Of a DNA stretch of 64,000 nucleotides, positions 12,393 to 25,649 are shown piece after piece. Under the pieces are notes generated by a model. That model did no database searches. It was given only the letters and a program-made list of their open reading frames with translations, and was not told the origin of the DNA. The stretch's first letter is position 1. Each line of letters starts with the position of its first letter. The translations under genes and the position numbers were made by a program. Source of the DNA: Botryllus schlosseri (lineage: Eukaryota); assembly GCA_051294905.1 (NCBI GenBank), contig CM119371.1:28646001-28710000 (forward strand). Reading direction: 5' to 3'.

Positions 12393-15016
12393 CAGTGGCG
12401 GCTCGTCCTATAGGGCAACTGGGGCATTGCCCCACCTAAAATTCTGTTCAATAACAATTTAACCATTTATAGACGCACAGCAATCAATATATACCGAGAT
12501 CACAGCGAAACCCGCGTTCTTCTTGTGCTTTCGCTTGCAAATGCCCATACATAGCGCAGTCTGCGAAAATCGAATTCTCTTCTGTGTTTTCGCTTTGTGA
12601 GTGCCTAGCCGGGGCTTGCCCCGGTAGCGCTCATAATAAGCTTTCACTATCTATTCTTTCAAAGCCGCGCACAATAAAGAAACGGTGATTTACTCTCTCC
12701 TATTCGTAAAATGGCCGAGCAACCGGGGCAAATATGCCTGGTCGCCCTTAAGGTGTGATGTAACAATCGTATCTATATCTGAACTCGGTTACCGTAATAT
12801 GCGTTGAGTCGACCTTTGCTGGTATAGGTCGATTTTGACGGTGTTTCGCACCATGATAATTCTTGAAACTTGGTATGATATGTCGTGAAGGTAGTATTTA
12901 ACACTGCTCCAAGTTTCAGGCTTGCTACTTAGAGATAAGGGTAGTAATTCCGTTTCCGAAGTTCAGTGTGTGCTGATCTATCATGTACATAGTACAGCAA
13001 ACAGATTTTACTCAAAAGCCGGTATTGGTCTCCATTGATTTTGACGATGTTCTATACCGAGATCGGTCATGACATTTGGCACGGTAACTGTTAGTATCGA
13101 CCGCTGTAACAAGTTTTAAGTTTGTCACTGAACTATGTGGGTGGTAATTTCGTTTCCAAAGTCGAGTAAGAGCTGACTCTTCATTTATCGCTAATAAATT
13201 TACGCAAAAGCCGTTATTGGTCTCTAACGATTTTAACGATGTTCCATACCTAGATCTGTCATGAGCTTTTGCACGGTATGTCTTGATTTTAGTATCGAAC
13301 GCGGTGCCAAGTCTTAAAGTTGACACTCAATGATTGAGGCAGTTATTTCGTTTTCGAGGTCGAGTATGGTAGAGATGCGCGCTGATCTGATACTTGGCCT
13401 ACCTACGTCATTGCGGATCTCACGCAAAAGCCGGTGTCGGTCTGTGCTAATCTATAGTCTGCGTTCCATAACGAGATCGGTGATGATATTTCCAATGGTA
13501 TATCTCGATGATCGCATGAAACAGCTAACCAAGATTCTCGGTTTGCATTCAAATATTCACATAATTTTATGTTCGCCAATGTCCATTTCACTGTGGAATT
13601 GTCAATTGTGGCCTTCAAACCATTTGCTTACAATCCCCTGTCAAATGCGATAGCTATTTCATTTTCGATGTCGGCTAACAGCTGATCATTCGATCAGCCT
13701 ATTCCTCGATCTATTTTACTCAAAGTTCGGCGTTCGTCTGTTTGTATTGATTTTGACAGTGTACCATACCGGAATGGGTTATGAGATTGCGTATGCTACT
13801 TCTCGATGATTTCTTGTAACAGTATACTAAGTTTACGGCTTTTATTCATGTATTTATTGATTGATATATATTCCAACGGCGATTTCGCAGCAGACTTATA
13901 GACAGTAAGCCGTATGTGTTGTGTCACAGTCTCCAGTTTCAAGGCCAAAATGTCCTATGTTGTTCCGAGACCGAAGTTCCGAGGCTGCTGTCCTTATAGT
14001 TCTTCAAAGACAATTCAAATTGATGTTCTGGATTCAATATGACAGGCCCGTTCTATGAGATAACAATTGTATATGTGTCCGAACTCGTTGACCTTTCCAG
14101 TTAGGCTTACGCAATCTCTCGAGTTCTAGTCATTGGAATTAGTCAGGTCAAGTCAAGTGCGAACATGAATCGTATTGAATCTTTGCTCCGTACGTAGTTT
14201 ACGCAGTTGCCTTTATAGAGCGAAAATGAGAGGTCTAGAAGTTGCCAAGTCCATTGATCCAATCGTACGCCGGGTGCCTCCGCTTTGGTTGCTATTATCA
14301 CCTGGTCGTAACCAGAGATGGCCACAGTCCGGTTCGGGAGCCGGAGCAGGATTTCAATGTTTTTTTTACCTGGCCGGACTGGATCCGGATTTTGAATTTG
14401 GGGTGACGGTCTGATTTTAGCCGGATTTTTTTGCTGTGATATGATTAATTAGCATTGTTCTGGCAGGATTTTTTCGGATTCCGAACTGGACATTCACCAG
14501 CCGGATTTCTTTGGACTCTGAATTTCCAATTGCCAGCCGGATCCGGATAGATTCGGATCCCGAAATTTTGGAATCCGCCCATCTCTGGTCGTAACCACCA
14601 GCTCAGTGGTCGTAACACACCAGGATCGTGTACGAAACACTTTCGGACGGGTTTAGAAAAATTAGGGTCTATCGATTTGCGTAATCTATAACTCTACCAT
14701 GAAATCATAACGCATGCTACTAAGGATGACCTGATACTTGATTCGTGGCATAGGGACGATTCTTAGGTCACGTACATTTTGTAAAATAATCCTTTGATTA
14801 AAAATAAATGAATAAAACATTTGTTACCACAGTTCAAGTCACGGCTCGCCGGCAAACCTCTCGCGGCACCTACGTTAAAATCACTGTTGTCGGGAAATTC
14901 ATGTGACCATCATAAGGTTACCTTTTTTACGTTGGAAACGCCATTGTGACGTCATGTTGATAAAAGTCGCTCGCAGCCCTTGCCCCACCACCCGATATTG
15001 TCACGAGCCGCCACTG
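12393..15016. mobile_element. Non-autonomous hAT-type element
   Basis: TIR CAGTGGCGGCTCGT / ACGAGCCGCCACTG; perfect 8-bp TSD TATTTCCT at 12385-12392 and 15017-15024; degenerate ~200-bp internal repeats at ~12810-13800. Confidence 0.93.
14313..14587. mobile_element. MITE (CAGAGATGG ends, CCGGAT-rich)
   Basis: TSD GTCGTAAC at 14305-14312 and 14588-14595; a partial related copy lies at ~15450-15567. Confidence 0.9.
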
Positions 15017-15970
15017 TATTTCCTATTCATTGCTGCTCTATCAAGTGATCATTTTGTTTGATACATGTCTGTTCTGTGACTATGCCACTTCTTGTGAAAA
15101 TTAAGTTCCATTCTTCAGTGGTAATATAGGCCTAGTTGTCTTGGCCAAGTCACAATCCACAATATCTGATTTTGTTGTTGGCATCATGGCATGCCTGGGT
15201 TACTATGTTTACCCTCTCCGTAAAGCAACTAATATTGCTTTCTCTGTTCTCACAGTCTTTTTAACTCATTTCCCCTGCCTAGTTCCTACTACTCGCATCT
15301 ATATTCAAGATATATACCGTACCTAACATAATTGATTCGAAATGTGATATAAATAAACCCTTGTAAGGCATTACTTGATACTAATTTGTTGATTATAATG
15401 TTCATATCTGTTTTGCAGGCTATATTTAGTGTGAAATAGCATTAAAGCAATAGCAGGATTTTTTCGGATCCTAATTTTGTTGCTTAACTGTCGGACTCCG
15501 AAATCCTATTTGACTGTCGGATCAGGACGGATACGGATTCCCAAAATTTGGAATCCGCCCATCTCTGATGTGGACATGCTCGTCGACTGTCGGATAGCCG
15601 GCGGATTGCCCATGAGAGAGAGAGAGAGTATTTATTTTCATCCAACCAAAATACATAACACACGGCAGTGGTGGTGGTACAGAAAATATGCATGCACATT
15701 TGCAAAGTATTCGGTATTAGATAGGAATGATCGATGAGACCGTGAAGGTCATCCAGTCTGATCACACCAGCATCAAACAGGTACACTTGACTCTAAACAG
15801 CCTGGCTGTAAAAAATGTTACGGTAGTTAAAAAAATAAAATGAAAGAAAAATTAAACGATGGTAGCAAATGATCAATGAAGCAATCTCTGGGCGAGGTAG
15901 GGCAACTGTGTTAGTGTAACGACAAGAGGTGATCAAGTAGGGCTTTGTCTTTGTAGGGCCATGTCGTTGA

Positions 15971-16494
15971 TAGGGCTGGGCAAAATCGAGTACCTGAGTG
16001 ATTCGATTCTGAATCACGTAAAATGCTTCGAGTCGAGTAAGCGAGTATCACTCATTATGACGTCATAGCAGAATATTATTTGTCAAAGTTCAAATATGTG
16101 CCTTTTAAGCGACCACAAAGAATATAATGCCTGTTATCCATCATATTAAGGATACTTTGTTATTTTTTTCGACCATACCGATTTCATTGCACTTGGTGAC
16201 AATATTGTGGGATGATCATGACTTCGGAAATGTGCTATTTCCAGTAACGTTCGTAGCTTTGTACTTCATGTTTCGTATGCTACGATACGGCCAATCAAGG
16301 TTTCAAGGCTTCAACAGTGAAATTAGCATAAACTCGTTGATTGTTGATAAACTCCTCGTTGATAAATCAACTTTCAGTGGTGAGGAGCGTATAATTTCAG
16401 TACTCGAAAAAATCGTATTTTACTACTCGACTCGAATCATTAAAATTAATACTCGATTCAGATTCGAGTACTCGAATCATTGTGCCCAGCCCTA
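15971..16494. mobile_element. MITE (TAGGGCTGGGCA ends)
   Basis: TIR TAGGGCTGGGCA / TGCCCAGCCCTA; TSD GTCGTTGA at 15963-15970 and 16495-16502. Confidence 0.92.
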
Positions 16495-17198
16495 GTCGTT
16501 GATGTTTTTCAAATTCCACCTCGGCAATGCATTGAAGTTTGTTATTAGGGATTAGAAATAGTTGTGGAATGCTGAAGCCAGCTCAGTCCAAGTTCATACA
16601 AAACATCGAAGTAAACAAACAGAAAGTCACTTTCATGCACTAGAAAATCCTGTCCTCGCCTGATCCAGCAGTCGGGCAGGCAGAAATGTGAATCCGGATC
16701 CGATCGTGTTTGAGAAAAATCTGCCGGGTTCCTGTCTGGTTAGAATGCAAAATCCTGATCCTTTACATCTGTGTCTTGGCCACATAGATATCTCAATGGC
16801 CGATTGTTCCGCTCTCACCTTCTTCCGATCCTTATAGGAATCCGCATTTTGGACCCTCTCCGCTGTTTCCGCGTTTTAGTGCCCGTTGTACGCTGTCTCC
16901 GCTTTTCCGTCTTTTAGGGATCCCCATAACAATAACAATGTCTTGGCTTGTTGTTGCGTTGAAATCATGATCAGATTGCAGACTTCGACGTACTGTACCG
17001 TACGACCTTAGCATTATGGAGGACATCCTCCATAGTAGCATACCTCACCCTAATTTTCTTCTGATGCAACCTGTCTGTTCTGCCTAGTGCAGTCTAACAT
17101 TATACTACAATTGGTATGTATGGTGAGTAAGGGCGTAGTGATATCTTTTGACCTCGGTAGTCGGTACAGACGTACAGTGATGATTGACCAATGACCAT

Positions 17199-17620
17199 CA
17201 GAGATGAGCATGGATTAGGATTAGGTTTTGAAAAAACAGGATTTGTGAAATTTTGTCGGATTTAGATTGGATTTGGATTAGACATTTTTTTCAGAACGGA
17301 TTAGGATTTGGATTGGATTTACCTATTTTTCTGGGAGATTGAAATGTCGTGTGGCGAATGGCGACAAACTTTATTCAGATCAGTTATTAATGTACTTATG
17401 GTTACTAAGTTATCTTGAATCAAGTGAATCGTTGGTTGTGAAAGAAAATTTTCGAATCCCTCCATTGCATAAATTAGTATTTTTTCTGAATTTCCAGTTA
17501 GAATCGGATTAGGATTGGACATGGACTTGAATAAGAAAAAGTTATGGATTAGGATTTGGATTTGAAGGTTCGGATTTGGATTGGATTAGGACATAGAAAT
17601 TTCAAATCCGCTCATCTCTA
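17199..17620. mobile_element. MITE (CAGAGATGAGCA ends, GGATT-rich)
   Basis: TSD ATGACCAT at 17191-17198 and 17621-17628; close relative at 44645-45074. Confidence 0.92.
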
Positions 17621-17943
17621 ATGACCATCCATAGATAGGACGTCGTCTTGCGACATTGGGACGCCATTTTCTCATAATGGTTTACGGTTGGACTCATTTC
17701 TGGATATTATGCATATTTTTACATATATCATCATACGAACTTACTGTAAAGCGGCGTTACTTTGGACGTGAGGTGAGGTAACTTGGCACTAAGCATGAGC
17801 AGTGAGCAGTAAAACATTTAGGCCTAATAATGCCAATGATTATAGGTTTTTGATGGTAAAGTATTCCCGCTGAAGGAGGTCCAATTCTTTTTCATGAGGC
17901 AACGGTGAAGTAGGCTAGTCTCAATAAAAGTTAATTTCCTACA

Positions 17944-18515
17944 GGGTTGGTGTGATTGCATGCAAACTCATTCACGACATGACATGCAAAATATGGTCAT
18001 TCACGACATGACATGCAAAATAAGGTCTGGTCTACTTTCCTACCCACAATGAAAAGTGTTACCAATGACTACCACTTATCAGTGTTCCCTATGAATATGT
18101 CTAAATGTAAAGTGTTTCACCATTTCATCACCTGTCCTTCCACTACACTAGATGTTAGCTTATATCAATAAAGATTAATATTATAGAGATATTTTATAGA
18201 TATGGGTGAAAAACCTATGGTGCAATTAACCATGCAAATAAAAACGTGTGGTAGGCTATTACCAAGGTAAGAATTATGTACCTCAGACGACAGAGGCTAC
18301 ACGTTTTTTATTACAGACTTATTAATAGTAATGACTATAACCCCAGCCATAAGGACCCTCACCCCTACCCTAAACAGTAAACACGCTAACCTTCAACCCA
18401 AACATTATGGTGACTGACCTTATTTTGGATGTCGCGACCTTATCTTGCATGGATGTGACTGACCTTGTTTTGCATGTTGCGACTGACCATATTTTCCATA
18501 CAATCGCACCAACCC
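17944..18515. mobile_element. Older TIR element (GGGTTGGTG ends) predating the duplication
   Basis: GGGTTGGTGTGATTG...CAATCGCACCAACCC; flanks TCCTACA/TCCTCCA; also present at ~45984-46555. Confidence 0.7.
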
Positions 18516-20137
18516 TCCTCCAGATAAAACGTAACCCATCATTGATAAATTAATGGCGAGGTCAATTTCATAAAAATGATAGCATCTGAGCAATGGATTC
18601 AAAAATTGACAGTCGCAGAACAGACTTCCAAAGAGAGATGGCAACGCGCAAAATAATTAATTTTGACATTTATAATTTTTGTCATGTTCTTGGGAATCTT
18701 TAACTGCTGGTCATGATGAACATTGTTTGATGTCTGGCTGCTATCGAAAAAGCCCCATTCACATCAACTTGCACAGCTTGGTACATGTTTCGTGTGCTGC
18801 AATATATCCAATCGAGGTTATTAGGCTTCTGCAGTGGAAAATGTGTCAAAACTATATTCGTGGCAGATAAATTAATAATGAGTAATCGTACTGGTATTCG
18901 ATTCAGATTAGAGTACCCAGCAATAGTTAACAGGGGGATATGTGTATTTGAGTTGAACTGCTCCAGGACATTAATTATTTATGTGTTAAGTAAAGTTAGA
19001 TGCTTTCAGTTGCTCAGATTTTTATAAATGTGATTTATTATACTTCAGCCTTCTGTGCCTTATCTCACATATGTAATGCAAATTCCCCAGCTGTGTTGTA
19101 CATTTCGGTGGTTACAGTGTGTTTCGAATTTAATTTACCCCGTGCTAATTTATTTCAGTATAATTTACCGAATATAGGAGTGGGTCAGATCATGTCAGGT
19201 GATCCAGAAAAATTTCAAAATGTACCTCCACCATCTCAGATTGTCATTAAAATTGGCATGGTTAGAAAACTTTTACTTCTGCTTTCAAAAAAATAAATTC
19301 CATCGAAATCGGATGAGTAGAACCAAAGATATGGCCGTTTAAAAATTGCTGTTTTTGTGATCACTGAAGCGGAAAAAATGTCAGAAATTTATACATGTAA
19401 TTTGAATTTGCTACAATTCGTTCAAATTAGGGTTGTTGAAGGTAACACTTTCACATTTGTTCATTTATGTCCTGCTTGACACTTTTTCGCCTTCTTTGAC
19501 ACCTGGGGTTGCATAGTCTGACCTTTAACCTCGCTTTTTGTTCGTGTATTTGAAAATCACTCATGCGTGACTTCATTTTTGATTGCAAATATCTCTGGTG
19601 ACCAGGTGATGTCATCAAGTGTAAGGTATCATTGGAAAGCTCTTGACAAGAGCTTTTAAAAGCAAAAATAACATTAGTTACTTTTGAATCGTAACATACC
19701 ATAAGAGCGCCATGAAGCAAGCTTGCAAATTTATTCAAAATCTTCCCCCTTTTCAACAAGAGCAAACTCTGTAAAGCAACTCATTCCACCTTTATTCTAT
19801 ACACAGTACCATGCCAAGTGTTTTATACATAAGGTAGTCAGTATAACTCAGACAGATAATTGCTGACATCAATTATGCTGACAATAATTTGAGATATTTT
19901 TGAAAATTTGAGAAAATTTTGCTACACAGTTTGATGTGACACACAATACTTCACTTCAGAATTCACTACTGAAAGGATAAGATGCGATGTTTTATGTACT
20001 CTACACAATACATTCGGGCAACGATCAGCACTAAACAATGAAAGGAACAATGACAATCAAAATCAATATAAGGTCCTGCGGGTTCATTAGTTTTCATACT
20101 ATTAGATAATAACTATTTGCTCATATCAGATATCTAT

Positions 20138-21772
20138 TTATCTTTGATGATATTTCTTCCAAACTTGTATGACTTTCAGTGCTGATTCCTTTGTCAGTTG
20201 GTATTGTCCCCGATTATTAAATAAACAAGGAACGTCAACTGTGCACAAAATGTGCTGGAACGGTGTCCAGCAAGAATCTTTATTTTGAGGCCAGTGAAAA
20301 AACTCTGATGGGCCTTTTGGGTGCATGAATTCAACTAAGGCATCGTTGTTTGGCTTGTCAATTTCTGTGACCATGCCAATGCACCAGTTTTCATCATAAA
20401 CGCAGCATACAAATTTGTTTATGATAATTTCAATTTGAAGTACATTTTCTTGGTTTGAGTCTTCATCTAATTCAACTTCCAATACATAGTGTTTGTCTTG
20501 ACTGACACGTTTTGCTCCCAGTTTGGTTGATGACAATGGCCTAAAATGATGGAATGCCCGAATACCTTTGACTGTGGTAGCGAGCCGAAATCGCTGTTCC
20601 AAAAAAGCTCTCGTAGCATCCAATTCGTCTTTGAGCAAATTAATAAATTTTATTTTTTGGAGATTTTTCACGCAAGAGGACATCATTTCTTCCACGTTCA
20701 AAAGCTGACCATTCAGTTGGCGTCTCAGACTTTCCATTGCTGTAGCTCGTTTTACAGTGCCACCAATGCCATCACATGGCGATTTACCATGGCTCGAGGC
20801 AAAAAAGGACCACGCAGCATCCACTTCGAAGTCAGCTTTGTGCTTGCACAAATTGTAAAATGATTTTCTGTTTTTGTACTGGGCAGCGCAACCATCGCTA
20901 AAATATTCCACATTGTCCAAGTTGTGAATTGTACTTTTGAGAACTTCAATTGTCTTTTGCTGAATCAGATACACCATTACTGCATCGTGCAACAACTCTT
21001 CCGATAAAAAGCATATATTTAAATGCAAAGTATTGTTGCTTGCAGACTTGTAGTAGCAAACTACCGGGTGCACAGTGCAGCATTGGTGAGTCCAATGATA
21101 CCCTTGCGCTTCATCTTGAATGTGGAAAGAATAATTTTCCGCAAAATCCATTAATACAAGAGCTGTTTGCTGATCCATATCTTGTTTTCGTTTTTTCAAA
21201 TATAAAGACTGTGAATGCGAAATGTGATGATGTGGTGCTAAATCTGCAAGCTTTTTTAATATCAACTGAATAAATTCAGTTATGGTTAAGGTTTGAGTTA
21301 TTAGATCAGTTCGGTCAACTGACACCCACTGTTTGAACGAAATAAGTTCATCCACATCCTCAAATTTTGAGTCAAGCAATTCCTGAACGGGTTGAAATCC
21401 GGGACAGTTTGGGTAACGCTGTAGCATGCAGTCTCTATTTTCAATATTGCAGACTGCCAATTGAAGCAAATCTTTATAAGTTTCTTCAATGCGGGCAGCA
21501 TGCAGCAAAAGAACAACATTTTGATGTATGGTACAGACACATACGGCATGTGTTCCAGATGATCCTGCACTAACACACCATTTCGGCCTCAATTCACAAA
21601 ATTTTGTGAATCCAATTTTTGCATCCGGGTTTTGCTGTTTATACAGGGTATGGAATTCTTTCAGAGTACATAAAAGTAGACGTTTTTGTTGATACACATT
21701 CATTTTAATGCTAACTCGGTCCTTCATCCCTGGCATCAACCTGCTATGTTCGTTGTTTTCATAAAATTTCAC
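20138..21772 (-). CDS. Sola2-type DDD transposase, 5'-truncated
   Basis: 544-aa frame with LRPKWC..CVCTIHQN, MDFAENY..Q.YHW, FSDGCAAQYKN, HGKSPCDGIGGTVKR. It starts at GTG directly against the inner edge of the right TIR, so the N-terminus appears deleted. Confidence 0.8.
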   Translation of the reverse strand: MKFYENNEHSRLMPGMKDRVSIKMNVYQQKRLLLCTLKEFHTLYKQQNPDAKIGFTKFCELRPKWCVSAGSSGTHAVCVCTIHQNVVLLLHAARIEETYKDLLQLAVCNIENRDCMLQRYPNCPGFQPVQELLDSKFEDVDELISFKQWVSVDRTDLITQTLTITEFIQLILKKLADLAPHHHISHSQSLYLKKRKQDMDQQTALVLMDFAENYSFHIQDEAQGYHWTHQCCTVHPVVCYYKSASNNTLHLNICFLSEELLHDAVMVYLIQQKTIEVLKSTIHNLDNVEYFSDGCAAQYKNRKSFYNLCKHKADFEVDAAWSFFASSHGKSPCDGIGGTVKRATAMESLRRQLNGQLLNVEEMMSSCVKNLQKIKFINLLKDELDATRAFLEQRFRLATTVKGIRAFHHFRPLSSTKLGAKRVSQDKHYVLEVELDEDSNQENVLQIEIIINKFVCCVYDENWCIGMVTEIDKPNNDALVEFMHPKGPSEFFHWPQNKDSCWTPFQHILCTVDVPCLFNNRGQYQLTKESALKVIQVWKKYHQR

Positions 21773-22185
21773 AACTTTTTAACTGCTCTTGTTGAAAAGG
21801 GGGAGGATTTTGAATAAATTTGCAAGCTAGCTTCATGGCGCTCTTATGGTATGTTACGATTCAAAAGTAACTAATGTTATTTTTGTTTTTAAAAGCTCTT
21901 GTCAAGAGCTTTCCAATGATACCTTACACCTGATGACATCATCTAGTCACCGAAAGATATCTGCAATTGACAATGAAGTCACGCGTGAGTGATTTTCAAA
22001 GACATGAACAAAATCACAAGGTTAAAGGTCAGACTATGCAACTCCAAGTGTCAAAGAAATCGAAAAAGTATCAAGCAGGATATAAATGAACAAGTGTGTA
22101 AGTATCACTCTCAACAACCCTAATTTGACCGAAATATAGCAAATTTAAACTACATGTATAAATTCCCGATATTTTTTCTGCTTAA

Positions 22186-24023
22186 CCGATTGGCGCCGGC
22201 TGCAATTTTCGAAAAATTTTACTTCAATTTTCCAAGTCGAAAAACTGTACCTTAATGGGATTGGAACACGTCAAACAAGGTGTCGTTCGATTCAGAACTT
22301 CAGCGCGCATCCGATTGCGCCACTCAAATCATTTCGAGCACTGTGTCTGGCCACTTATATCAAGAGCAAGCCGAGAATTCGTTGATGAGAAACGTATTAC
22401 ATTTACTGTACTCTTTATAAACCTAAACATGGATATCTGGTGACATAGGCTTCTTGTGAATCATATCGGCGAGGAAATCATGATCATGGAGATGGCTCAG
22501 TCGATCTAATACGCCCTAATATAGCCATCATCCAATAGATACAGTTCTGAGGGTTTGCACAATAAACACGCGCCAGACCGCAGAGTGGATGAGTCATCGG
22601 CGAGTGAGCAAGTGACGCGCGTGTATTTATTTGGTAGCGTAGCCTTCCAGGGCATTTACAAAGCTTATAGAGCACGTAAATGGGTCACTTTAGTATTGAT
22701 AAATGGAGATTGTCAAGACCTAACCATAAGGACAAACCACAAACGCATATCTTACTACTACGTAAGGTTTATGACGTTAGTTGGTAGCACTTCATACAGA
22801 CATGATACACACGTTTGCGGGGAATACACAGCGTGTAGAATTGGTCTTGTTGCGATATATACATCACTATTAGCTGTTAGTCTGATGTAGATATAATCTT
22901 ATGGGCATGTACTCTCCACAGAAACAATCTAAGAATGTCTACTACCGATAAAATTCAGGATATAACACACTATGTTACAGATATTCGTCCCTGCGTTTGA
23001 TACTAGTGTGGTAGTCTGCAGGAATTCTCTTCACGATTTTTAGAAGCGGCCTTGGGGTGACATAGGCATAACTAATGTTGTTTATTTTGGCCTTGAAGGT
23101 GGAGATTGGCTAGTTCTATTGAAAGAGACCTTTCATTACTACAACGAAAGATATATATCGTTATACGACAGCTCTTTGTATGTCCAGATGAACACTTTTG
23201 CGTAGGTATATGCGCTGAGTAATATTGTATTTATTCCGAATTATACTTGACTATTAGCCATTATTTAGAATCGTATAGGCAGCAACTATTCACAGACACG
23301 ATCTATGAAGGTATATCACTATTAGAACTCGATACATATCCCGTTTTGTGACCAGTATTCATCCATCTGCTTGAAGCTGGTACGGTAGGCTGCGAGAATT
23401 CTCTTCCCGGTTTTCAAATGCAACCTTGAGCGATGCAGACATAACTAGTATAGTTGTTTTAGCAAGAAAATCAGAAGCTGACAAGTACTATTCATAGAAA
23501 CAAACTACAACAACTGGCTATGACGAATCAAACCAAATATACGACAGGGTATATGATGGGTATCGGGAACGCGCGTTTCCGCGAAATGATGCGGTCGGCG
23601 GATATCTTTGTCACGCGGCCTATCACATAGATTTATAACACCTTATATGTAACTAATATCAGATACGAAGATATGTGTGAATTGGTATGGACACTAGCTT
23701 TTCACAGAAAGAAACAACTATGCTCTAAGACGGCTAGAACAAAACATACAGTACGTTATCTGAGAGTGGTCAAGGACGCGCGTGTTGCCGAGACAGTGTA
23801 TTTTGCAACATATTTATCTACGGTATTTGATATCCGATTTCGACGTCTTAGATATAATATATACCAAATAATATGGTATCAATGAACTGGCACAAACAAT
23901 ATCTATCCGCAGACATGAACAGCAGCGACCTAGCACGATTAGAACGGGATATATAGTGGTTCTAATACAGTACGCTTCCCTCTAACGGCAATGGGTAAAA
24001 ATACCCACGCCGGCGGGAGACGG
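22186..24023. mobile_element. TTAA-targeting (piggyBac-like) non-autonomous element inserted in the Sola2 right TIR
   Basis: TTAA at 22182-22185 and 24024-24027; imperfect TIR CCGATTGGCGCCGGC / GCCGGCGGGAGACGG; removing it restores the Sola2 TIR. Confidence 0.8.
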
Positions 24024-25649
24024 TTAAGCGATCACAAAAATAGCAATTTTTGGACGGTCGTAGCTTCGGTTCAAGATGACCTTTTTTGATGAAATATGAT
24101 TTTCTGAAATCAGAAAACACACCTCTGTAAGGCAGCCTATCTTCATGACAATCCAAGATGGTGGAAATATGGCCTGTATCACCTGACATGATCTGACCCG
24201 AGTTGTAATTGGCTGATAAACCGAAATTGAGCCTAATGTTCTCCGCGTTTGGCTCCAACTTGAGGTGCTATGTCATTGTATTACCTTAGTCCAATTTTGC
24301 TAGGTTTGTGCTGAAATGAACCTGATATCTATAAGAATAGGACGTGCTCTATTTCTGTCCAATTGAGTAATACACTAAGCCCGATTTGTCAGCAAGCTCT
24401 AGACACAAATCCTCCTGACTGAACACTGTACATTGAGTGTCGCTACCGCACGCCTACTTACCGTAACTTAACCGCAGTGGTGTGTAAGACATAATTTCTA
24501 CTGACAACAATATAACGCTCGCACAGCCGCGGCAGCTGGAGTGGAGCGGCCCCTCTCCAAAATTCATTCAATTGAAGCTCCATTACGGTGGCTTTCTGAG
24601 GAAAATGGCGGTTTTATCTCAATCTGCGCTCCAATTTGAGACCAGAGCGCAGTGCCTTTTAAAACGAGTTGCAAGCTACTTTTATGCAGCCTTGCACATT
24701 GCCTGTTGCATTTTTACTTGAAATAATTTGAAGGCAGACCAGGAACTCTATGCATCATGCCAGAAGATATTCTAAATGACCATACATTCTCAATTTCTGA
24801 GTAAGTTTGAGTCATATGGTGTTATCTAATTTTAATAGTGAAAAGCCCTCAACCTCAACCAATTGAGCAATGGCGCCAAGCGGGTTTCTGTGAAAAATTT
24901 TGCTTCGCTTTACAAAACTTGAAAACAAGACATGAATGGAATTCGAAACCAGCAAGTAATATATCGTTGGACGCAGAATGTCAACACGTAACCAACAATG
25001 CCACAAAGCGAGATTAAGAAAATAGGAAAACCCTGTTAAAGAAATGTCCAAGTGTTGGTTACTTCCTTATACAGTCCACTACGTATACGTAGTGTGGATA
25101 AGTATGTGCTGTTCACTGCGACAGAGATGACATCTTTTGAACCAGACATGAGTGACCGCTTCTGCCCAACTTATGCGCTACTATCAAAATACTGAAGCGT
25201 CTCACCGAAAACCGCAGTCTGACTTGTGGGTAAGCGTAGCGTAACGTTGTACTACGCATCTACATTTTGATGACGTTGATAGAAAGCTGCTTATCAATTA
25301 AGAACATGGGAGCTATGACATTGTTTTTAATTTGAATTTGCAATCGTGAATGTCACTTCCAAGGCAGTTTTTTCTCGGCGTAGTTCAGGAAGACAACCTA
25401 TTTTCGAATGCTGCACTGTCCTATAAGCGTCACCATGTCTGCCATTCTCTTTGATCAATCAAGGTATCGTGCAATCCAAGATTTCGAAGCAGGCGATGCC
25501 GGCTAGATCGAATTTGCGAATGGTGTTATTCGCTGGCGCCCCAGCAACTCAGATTTTGGGATTTTGAAAAGATGGTGGCACGAGCCCTTAGCCCTGGATA
25601 CCCCACTGTCTTGACCTCTCAAAGACATGTGTATGCTGCCACGAGAATA

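Larger units (their letters stand above)
19182..24199 (-). mobile_element. Sola2-like DNA transposon with long (~580-bp) imperfect TIRs
   Basis: 22-bp terminal match GGGTCAGATCATGTCAGGTGAT; 4-bp TSD GAGT at 19178-19181 and 24200-24203; 19370-19764 is inverted at 21785-22181; absent from the paralogous block. Confidence 0.88.

Noticed and set aside
18350..18400. Telomere-like TAACCC motifs (also ~50195-50260)
   Set aside because: Few, degenerate and internal to small TIR elements; not telomeric arrays.
24980..25610. Possible decayed hAT dimerisation-domain sequence upstream of the zinc-finger gene
   Set aside because: Only faint resemblance; no clean frame or paired TIR/TSD established by eye.
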